This document shows, piece by piece, positions 57,524 to 64,000 of a stretch of DNA of 64,000 nt. The position numbers and the translations under genes are program-made. This stretch comes from a virus, in IMG/VR virus record IMGVR_UViG_3300034019_000950, positions 1 to 64,000 of that record. One strand, written 5' to 3'. The notes under the pieces were generated by a model, which did not search any database, had not been told where the DNA came from, and worked only from the letters and a program-made list of their open reading frames with translations. How positions within the stretch are numbered: the first letter of the stretch is position 1; each line of letters begins with the position of its first letter.

Positions 57524-58189
57524 TCAATCCTCGTCCTGCTCGGCCTGTTCTTCACTGGTGTCGCTGTCGCTGGCCAAGTTGTCAGCCATCAACTCAGGCG
57601 GCACCAGTATCTCGTCAGGTGGTGCCGGCAGCTGGGCGGACACGTCGGGCGCTACAGGCGCCAAAGGCGCGCCGGGGTGCGCCGCAGCCTCCGGGGCAGC
57701 CGCCCCTACCCCCGGCACCGCCGCAGCGCCCTGGTGGGCGCTTACGGGCCGCATCAGGGTGGGTACTGGTTGCCAACCGCCCGGCCCATAAGCCTGCACC
57801 GCAACCTGGGCAGCATCCGACACCACCACTCTCAAGGCTGCGCTACCCACATCAACCACATGCACTTCGTGGTGCGAAGTAAGCGACTGAGCGGCATCCC
57901 GTACCGCCGGGGCATCGCCATACACCAACAACACCACCGCCGCACGCAGGTCGCCCACCGCCAGCGCGCGCAAAAGGTAGGGTTGTGCGCCTGCTAACAG
58001 GCTGGCGCGCCCCACCTGCGCCCGGTAGCCGTGCCGGGCTGCAACCGCCCTACCGCGCCCCACGGCCGGTAACGGGGCACCGCCGGGCTGGTCGGTAAAC
58101 AACACGTGCCGCGCATAGTGCAGGCCCGGCTGAGCAAGTGGAAGCAGGTCCAGGGAAGGCACAATGCCCACCACATCAGTTTGGCTCAC
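57524..58189 (-). CDS. hypothetical protein
   Basis: GGAGG RBS; coupled to rmlB. Confidence 0.55.
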   Translation of the reverse strand: MSQTDVVGIVPSLDLLPLAQPGLHYARHVLFTDQPGGAPLPAVGRGRAVAARHGYRAQVGRASLLAGAQPYLLRALAVGDLRAAVVLLVYGDAPAVRDAAQSLTSHHEVHVVDVGSAALRVVVSDAAQVAVQAYGPGGWQPVPTLMRPVSAHQGAAAVPGVGAAAPEAAAHPGAPLAPVAPDVSAQLPAPPDEILVPPELMADNLASDSDTSEEQAEQDED

Positions 58190-59184
58190 GTTGCCTCCAC
58201 ATAAGATGCAAGCTGAACATCACTGCCACGGTACGCGGCAAGCAGCCTGTCAAGATGCTGCGGATCCAACAGGCGCTGCCGTGCCTCCCATCCCAGCCGG
58301 CGCAGATAGTCACCTGTCACGCAGTAAGCCCGGTCTTGACCGGGCCGGTCGCGGCTGTCCACCACCGCAGCGTGCGCTGGTACACCCGCCCGCTCAGCCA
58401 GCGCGAGCACCACCTGTCGCACACTGGCCACGCACGGGCCTGCGATGTTGACGGTCGTGCCCGCTTGCAACCTTCCGGCTGCAAGCCACGTGGAAACGGT
58501 GCACAAGGCGTCAGCAAACTCGCCAACCGCGATCCACTGGCGAAGCTGGTGCCCGCCACCGTGCAGCGGCACGGGGCGCCCAGCCTGGAGTAGCGCGCAG
58601 GCGATAGGCACCAGCTTCTCGCCCAGCTGGCCCTCGCCCCATGCGTTGCACCCGCGCGTGATTGCGTAGCGCAGGCCCGCGCTCGTGCCCATCGCCCGCA
58701 CTGCAAGCTCCCCGGCGGCCTTCCCGGCGCTGTATGGGCTGCTTGGGTTTAGTGCAGATCCCTCGCTAAATCCTTCGAACGACGGTTGCCCCTCAACCAC
58801 GGGTCCATACACCTCGTCGGTGGAGCAGTAGACCAGCGGCACGCCAGCGGTCGCGCAAGCGGAAGCAACAACCTGTGTGCCGTAGCCGTTGACGATCATG
58901 GCTTCGTTTGGTTGTTGTAAGCTACGATCTACATGACTTTGTGCAGCCAGATGCAGCACTACATCAGGCTGCGCGTCCAACATCGACACACGCACTTCAT
59001 GCGGATCGCACACGTCACCGCGCCACAGCTGGTCGTCAATCATACCTTGCACGGCATCCCATCCGGTCGCCGCGCGCGTGCGCGCGTCCAGCACGGTCAC
59101 GCTGCGCGCGCCGTGCCTTTGCACAAGCTGTCGAACCACGTGCTGACCGATGAAGCCAGCTCCACCTGTGACAAGGAAGCGCAT
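58186..59184 (-). CDS. rmlB: dTDP-glucose 4,6-dehydratase
   Basis: VTGGAGFIG, HLAAQSHVDRS, STDEVYG, PSSPYSAGK, EKLVP. Confidence 0.92.
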   Translation of the reverse strand: MRFLVTGGAGFIGQHVVRQLVQRHGARSVTVLDARTRAATGWDAVQGMIDDQLWRGDVCDPHEVRVSMLDAQPDVVLHLAAQSHVDRSLQQPNEAMIVNGYGTQVVASACATAGVPLVYCSTDEVYGPVVEGQPSFEGFSEGSALNPSSPYSAGKAAGELAVRAMGTSAGLRYAITRGCNAWGEGQLGEKLVPIACALLQAGRPVPLHGGGHQLRQWIAVGEFADALCTVSTWLAAGRLQAGTTVNIAGPCVASVRQVVLALAERAGVPAHAAVVDSRDRPGQDRAYCVTGDYLRRLGWEARQRLLDPQHLDRLLAAYRGSDVQLASYVEAT

Positions 59185-59417
59185 CAGCCACCACTCTTGC
59201 GGCGTCGGGTCTTTGCTTCTGTCACTGGCTGCACAGGGGGCTGAACGGCCTGCCATCGCTTCCGCAGCAATACTGCCTCAGCCGTGGTTGTGTGCGCTTC
59301 CGCGATCCAGCTTCCGTCCGCATTACGTGTGGCGACGACGGCTTCCTCTGGCGTATACACCACCATTCCATCATCAGGATCGCCATAGACGTGCGGGCGT
59401 GTCCAAAAGGTGCTCAT
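59184..59417 (-). CDS. small hypothetical protein
   Basis: Coupled on both sides. Confidence 0.55.
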   Translation of the reverse strand: MSTFWTRPHVYGDPDDGMVVYTPEEAVVATRNADGSWIAEAHTTTAEAVLLRKRWQAVQPPVQPVTEAKTRRRKSGG

Positions 59418-59983
59418 GCTGTTGCGTCCGTCGGCATGACCCGAATGTAACGGGCAAGTATGGTAAGGGCTGCAGCAGGAAGGCCGCTGGTATCAACGCT
59501 GTAGCGGTATCCGGTTGCGCCTTCATTCCGCAGGCCCGCGTGGCGTGCGCGGTTGAACTCGGCCACAGCGATAAGGGTGGCTGCGTGTTGCAGATCAGCA
59601 GGCGGCGTAGCGTAGCCGAACGTGTAGGTCACACTCACACGTTGCCGCCCCTCAGGGAAGTAGTAGCCACTTGGAGCAAGCCGCACGATGCCGGGCCGCT
59701 TGTCCACGTACCACTGGTCAACCCCAAGTGTTGATCCAGCTGCTACCACTGCAGCAACACTGATCACCGGGAACGCGCGCAGCCGTAGCTCGCTGGTTCC
59801 AGCCGCCTCAATGTCGTAGATCTCGGTGACCGTGGTGGACGTAAGGGCAGCCATCCCGCAGTAGTTGATGACTGCTTCCTCCCCCACATCTATAAGGTCG
59901 TCCAGCAGCGCATCGTGCATGGTGACACCCGCAGGGATGCCAAGAACTCGCTTGCAGCGTGCAGTGCTGGTCAGGGTCGCCAC
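59414..59983 (-). CDS. head-tail connector (gp6-like)
   Basis: K..LGI.....D.LL..LI......NYC; V.YT.GY..PP.DL..A; downstream of capsid. Confidence 0.8.
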   Translation of the reverse strand: MATLTSTARCKRVLGIPAGVTMHDALLDDLIDVGEEAVINYCGMAALTSTTVTEIYDIEAAGTSELRLRAFPVISVAAVVAAGSTLGVDQWYVDKRPGIVRLAPSGYYFPEGRQRVSVTYTFGYATPPADLQHAATLIAVAEFNRARHAGLRNEGATGYRYSVDTSGLPAAALTILARYIRVMPTDATA

Positions 59984-59984
59984 T

Positions 59985-60491
59985 TCACACCTCGTCTGCG
60001 CGCGGGCCGCGCCGGTAGCGATATCCCACGTTGCCATGCTGGGCTGCATGCCGACGCTGGCGAGCCGTCAGGTTGCATTCAGCCAGCCCACGTTCCTCCA
60101 GCAGCCGGATCGTCGTGCGCCATTCACCATCACTGATGCCGCTGGCCTGCATCAGTTGCTGCTTGCTTTGCCACTGATCACTAAGCGCAGCGAAGATTGC
60201 TCGCTGAGCAGGCGTGCTGATGCGCGGTTTTGCATCCTCCAACGCTTGCAGCCACTCGTCAGTCGCGTCCTGCCAGCCCTGGCACAGTGCGCGATGCCGA
60301 GCCGTTTCGCCTTGCAAGAACAGCGTGTGAGCTATCGTACCGTTCAGCTCAATCGCGCGGCTGTCGGTCGCCTCGTCGTAGCTCGCAAAGGCGATCGGCT
60401 GTGCATCGCTATTGGATGCGTCCCTATCGTAACGCCGTAGAACGAAACGATAGGCGTCCGCTGCAGGCGGCGTGTCACTGATTGCGCTCAT
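59985..60491 (-). CDS. hypothetical protein with winged-HTH C-terminus
   Basis: QRAIF..L.....KQQL...SGIS...W..TIR.L...GL; AGGAGG RBS. Confidence 0.55.
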   Translation of the reverse strand: MSAISDTPPAADAYRFVLRRYDRDASNSDAQPIAFASYDEATDSRAIELNGTIAHTLFLQGETARHRALCQGWQDATDEWLQALEDAKPRISTPAQRAIFAALSDQWQSKQQLMQASGISDGEWRTTIRLLEERGLAECNLTARQRRHAAQHGNVGYRYRRGPRADEV

Positions 60492-60596
60492 GCTGTGCGC
60501 CCTCCTGGCCGGACTGTATCACACGCTTCGCCCTGGTGCGCAGCGCAATGACACTTACTGCGCAGCTGCGCCACGTTTAGTGAACGCCCGCGCAGC

Positions 60597-60630
60597 AAAA
60601 CGCCCGCCCCAGCGGGTGCTGGAGCGGGCG
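60597..60630 (-). terminator. intrinsic terminator after capsid gene
   Basis: 13-bp GC stem followed by TTTT on - strand. Confidence 0.75.
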
Positions 60631-60646
60631 CCTATGGCCACAGCCG

Positions 60647-61654
60647 TCAGTTGGCAGCGATGCCGGCCAGGATCGACGCGCCCTTCGTGTTGGCGAGGAC
60701 AACCGCGCCGTCCCAGTAGATGTCGAACTGGTCGAACTGGCTGTCGGTGGTCGCCAGCGGCATCATGGTCATCGGGGTCAGCTCTTCGAGGTACGCGAAC
60801 CGCTTGTTGACCACGACCAGCGCGGTGGTGGGGTTCGTGACTTCGCCGCCGAACGCGGTGATGCTGGTGCCGGACCACGACATCGCATCGGACATGCCGG
60901 TGGACACGACGAGCGGAACGCCATCGTAGGTGCGGACGCGGAAGCCGGCCGCAATCTCCACCTCGTTGATGAACTGCTGCTGGGCCTGCAGGGCAGCGTT
61001 GAGCTTGCGGATGCCCTTGAAGGAACCGTAGATCACCAGATCGGAGCGGTTGCCCGCGCCGCGCACGGCGTCGATGGTTTCGTCAAGCTTGGCGAGCGTG
61101 AGCGCCGACCCGGAGGTGGCGGACGTCTGCGCGACAACCTGACCGCTCACAGCGTTGATGAGCGTCAGCAAGCCGTTCATCATGTTGGCGTCGCCGCCCG
61201 AGCCGCTGTTCCCCACAAAGATGCAGAGTTCCAACGCCTCGTTGAAGTCGTCAGCCTTCTGCATCATTTCTTCGGCGAGGATGTCGATGTAGGACCGACC
61301 ACGAGCGCGCATCTTGCGGGTCACCTTGCCGCGCGTGGCGAGCGTGGCGTAGGTGAAGGTCGCCTGAGCGTAGCTGCCCGTGCTCTCAACAACGCTGTCG
61401 GTGTCCGACACCCACACGTCGCCCACGGTCATGCTGGACGCGGTGCGGCGGTTGATGATGGCCGCCGACCCGGAACCCGGCTTGCGGTCCATCGTGCCCA
61501 GCGCGCCGAACTCGCGGATCGACAGCTGCTGGATGATGCGGTTGGTGAAGTTTTGCACCAGCACGGAGCCGGCACCGGAGACGTTGATGGCGCGGGCGAA
61601 AGCCTCGCGCTTGGACGGGTCAAGGCCCGCCCACACAGTCGGGGTGGTGGTCAT
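60647..61654 (-). CDS. major capsid protein (HK97 fold)
   Basis: 335 aa after prohead protease; E...F.GN, NGLL, YDGVP.V motifs; strong codon bias. Confidence 0.85.
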   Translation of the reverse strand: MTTTPTVWAGLDPSKREAFARAINVSGAGSVLVQNFTNRIIQQLSIREFGALGTMDRKPGSGSAAIINRRTASSMTVGDVWVSDTDSVVESTGSYAQATFTYATLATRGKVTRKMRARGRSYIDILAEEMMQKADDFNEALELCIFVGNSGSGGDANMMNGLLTLINAVSGQVVAQTSATSGSALTLAKLDETIDAVRGAGNRSDLVIYGSFKGIRKLNAALQAQQQFINEVEIAAGFRVRTYDGVPLVVSTGMSDAMSWSGTSITAFGGEVTNPTTALVVVNKRFAYLEELTPMTMMPLATTDSQFDQFDIYWDGAVVLANTKGASILAGIAAN

Positions 61655-61658
61655 TGGC

Positions 61659-63692
61659 TCACGCCTCCATCGAGTCGGTGATCACGCCGTCCGCGAACGC
61701 GGCGGCGAGCAGGCTGCGCAGGTCGGCCTCCAGCTGGGCGCGCGTCTGCAGCACGGTGCTGTCGCGGCGCTCGGCCTGGGCGCGAGCCACCTGCACCAGC
61801 GCGGACTGGCTGCCCATCGTGCGCTCTACGGTGCGGATCAGCCCACCGTGACCGCCGACGTCGGTGTGACGGCTGGCGTGAGGGCTGTGCGCCACACCCT
61901 GACGGCTGGCAGCGGCAAGGGCGCGGCTCAGCTGCGCCTCCTTGGCTTCCAGCTGTGCGCGGAGCTGTGCCGCTTCATCGGCAACGCTGCCGGAAGCGGT
62001 GGGGGTGGTGGAAGGAGCGACGCGCTCGACCAGCTTGGACAGAACACCATTGAGCTCGCCGATGGCGCGCTCGATGTTGTCCATGCGCTGGGTGTCGGTC
62101 GCCGTGCGGTTATCGGGCATGGCGTTGTCCTCGCTGGGGGTGAGTTGCTGCAGTGCTGCGCTTTGCACGGCGTCCGACTGGCTGATGGCAGTAGAACCCT
62201 GCACATCCTCATTGTCAAGAGCCGTATCACCCGCGCGCAGTTCGGGCGGTTCTTTGTCGAAGCGTTGATAGAGTTTGGTGATGCGGTCGTACACCTTGGA
62301 ACGGTCGGCATCGGGAATGTCCACGCCACCGCGCGCACCGTTGAGCGCACCCATCGCCGCCGCCACACCACGAAACACGATGTGCAGCTCCCCATTCACC
62401 ATCTTGGCAAACGGCAGCTTGTAGCTGGCGCGTCGCTCAGGGTTCGCGGTGTCCACCCACAGGTGCGCCATCGCGTACCGCTCCCAGTCCGGCGGGTCGC
62501 CCAGCACCTCGTTCGCGGTGTCGGTGTCCCAGCCCCAAGCGGTGTCCTCGGGCGCAAGCGGGAGGTCGGTGTTGCCGCTCACCGCGCGCTGTTCGTCGGG
62601 CTGCGTTGGCGCGTTGCCATCGCTGCCCCCGTTGACCAGCTCGTCCGCGCTGGCGCGCTCCCATCCGTCGCACACCCACTCCGCACTGCAGGCAAAGTTG
62701 AACGCCTTGCACCAGCCGTCGCGGGTGCGGTGCGTGCACGTGCCGCACTGCTGCGTCGTGCTGTCAGACAGGTGGTAGTTAGGAGCATCACCCACAGCGC
62801 GCTCACTGCCCATCGCATCGCTGTACGGCATGGCCTCGCCCCCCTCGGTGCCCTCGGCCTCGGCCTCCTCGGCCTCCACCTCGGTTTCGTTCTTGTGCTG
62901 GCAGACGCTGATGTTGACGTTGACGTTCATGCCACGGTTGTCCATCGCCTGACCCGCACCGCCCAGGTAGCCGGTATCACCAGCAGCACGCGCAGCTGCC
63001 ATTGCGGTGCCCGTGGAACGGGCAAGGCCAGAGATCCAGCTGTCCGGGTTGCTGGGCCGGCGGGTGACGGCAAGGTGGTCCAGCTCTACTTCCTTGATGT
63101 AGATCCGCTCCACCTCGTCATTCTCGTTGGTCACAACCTCCGCGTCGGTAAACCACCCACCGATGCTCATACCAACGACCTGACCGCGTTTCATGGCTTT
63201 CATCAACAGCTGCGCGCGCGGGTGCTCTGGATACACCTCTACCCGCACGGCCAGCCGATAGCCCTCGGCCTGACGCCCAGTGGCGCCATCGCGCAGCACG
63301 GTGCCTTGTTCCACACGGGCCTCCACCGTGCGGCCCATCACCTGCTCCCACTCGTCCTCATAGTGCCCCGGCACGTAGGGAACACCAGCCGCCATCTGGC
63401 GCGCCATGCTGTCCAGCGCCTCGCGGGTCATCTCGGTTCCGTGCCAGTCCATGCTGGTGCTGCTGGCGTAGCCCTCCAACAACACGGGGCCATCACCATC
63501 TGCGCCGCTGGACACCGGGACCGTTGCACCTTCCTGCCTTACAGCAGCATCCCGCTGTGCAAGCGTACCCGCCAGCAGGCCAGCCATCGGTAGACGGCAC
63601 CGAGCCGTCCAGACGCGCTTGCCATCACGAACACCTGCAGGCTGCAGGTCGAGCTGATGCTGTTCATTGCCAACGGGCACGGTCACGCGCAT
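61659..63692 (-). CDS. prohead protease/scaffold fusion with inserted domains
   Basis: EGYAS....D, H, GMSIGG, LDHLAV...PSN; Cys cluster; YKLPFA..GARGGVDIP domain; coiled-coil tail. Confidence 0.85.
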   Translation of the reverse strand: MRVTVPVGNEQHQLDLQPAGVRDGKRVWTARCRLPMAGLLAGTLAQRDAAVRQEGATVPVSSGADGDGPVLLEGYASSTSMDWHGTEMTREALDSMARQMAAGVPYVPGHYEDEWEQVMGRTVEARVEQGTVLRDGATGRQAEGYRLAVRVEVYPEHPRAQLLMKAMKRGQVVGMSIGGWFTDAEVVTNENDEVERIYIKEVELDHLAVTRRPSNPDSWISGLARSTGTAMAAARAAGDTGYLGGAGQAMDNRGMNVNVNISVCQHKNETEVEAEEAEAEGTEGGEAMPYSDAMGSERAVGDAPNYHLSDSTTQQCGTCTHRTRDGWCKAFNFACSAEWVCDGWERASADELVNGGSDGNAPTQPDEQRAVSGNTDLPLAPEDTAWGWDTDTANEVLGDPPDWERYAMAHLWVDTANPERRASYKLPFAKMVNGELHIVFRGVAAAMGALNGARGGVDIPDADRSKVYDRITKLYQRFDKEPPELRAGDTALDNEDVQGSTAISQSDAVQSAALQQLTPSEDNAMPDNRTATDTQRMDNIERAIGELNGVLSKLVERVAPSTTPTASGSVADEAAQLRAQLEAKEAQLSRALAAASRQGVAHSPHASRHTDVGGHGGLIRTVERTMGSQSALVQVARAQAERRDSTVLQTRAQLEADLRSLLAAAFADGVITDSMEA

Positions 63693-63759
63693 GGCGTCCT
63701 CCAAACGGGTGCAGCGCCTTGCAGCGTCTGCTTGTTTTTACCACTTTGCTAACCTTTCA

Positions 63760-64000
63760 TCAACCACCAGCGCCGGGAGCACGAGCTGACAAAGCGATGG
63801 CAGCCCCACTGCTGACCTCAGCGCGGGTCCAGAACACCAGCACACAGCGGCAGCGGCCACGACACAACGTATCCTCACCGGGGCGCCGCTGTAGCTCACT
63901 CAAAGGAATGAACCCGCGAGCACCTTCCGTTTCGCACGTGGGGCAGCTGTCACCACCCGCGCTTACCCACTCCACCATCCAATCCACGGGCGTTTCATTC
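63760..64000 (-). CDS. head morphogenesis (MuF-like) protein, C-terminal part only
   Basis: W......CPTC...PG..T.C..RCRC; upstream of protease; truncated by window edge. Confidence 0.65.
   Translation of the reverse strand, partial: NETPVDWMVEWVSAGGDSCPTCETEGARGFIPLSELQRRPGEDTLCRGRCRCVLVFWTRAEVSSGAAIALSARAPGAGG

Noticed and set aside
53725-63593. Long + strand ORFs (713 and 737 aa)
   Set aside because: Antisense to the glycosyltransferase, capsid and protease genes; no motifs
1-64000. tRNA/rRNA genes, IS elements, host assignment
   Set aside because: None recognisable by eye; host cannot be supported from sequence alone

Overview
GC-rich tailed dsDNA phage (siphovirus-like, HK97-fold capsid, long tape measure protein); most of the genome appears to be in the window, which stops inside a head-morphogenesis gene, with portal and terminase not seen. 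The layout runs as follows. (1) Left end: one Ala/Thr/Pro-rich gene and a ~2.6 kb non-coding simple-repeat array. (2) + strand early/middle genes: two micropeptides, a DUF6744-like/RavA-like AAA/vWA trio, a Dps-like gene, a lysis cassette, RmlD/RmlC, a sigma factor, an XRE regulator, RecU, replication/recombination genes and a serine recombinase. (3) A six-gene DNA base-hypermodification cluster: ParB-N, TET/JBP dioxygenase, P-loop kinase, sulfotransferase, amidinotransferase and amino acid:DNA transferase; dUTPase lies nearby. (4) The - strand morphogenesis operon, with RmlB, a methyltransferase and a triple-domain GT2 glycosyltransferase inserted. The most striking signal is a set of stretches completely free of the dinucleotide GA/TC (up to 554 bp). 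They cover the left end and nearly all early promoters, whose -35 and in some cases Shine-Dalgarno elements are GA-less variants, and they recur every few kb inside genes. I infer that the cluster installs an unknown bulky pyrimidine modification in a 5'-TC-3' context and that the genome keeps modification-free windows for host proteins. All family calls are from motifs recognised by eye; no database search was run.
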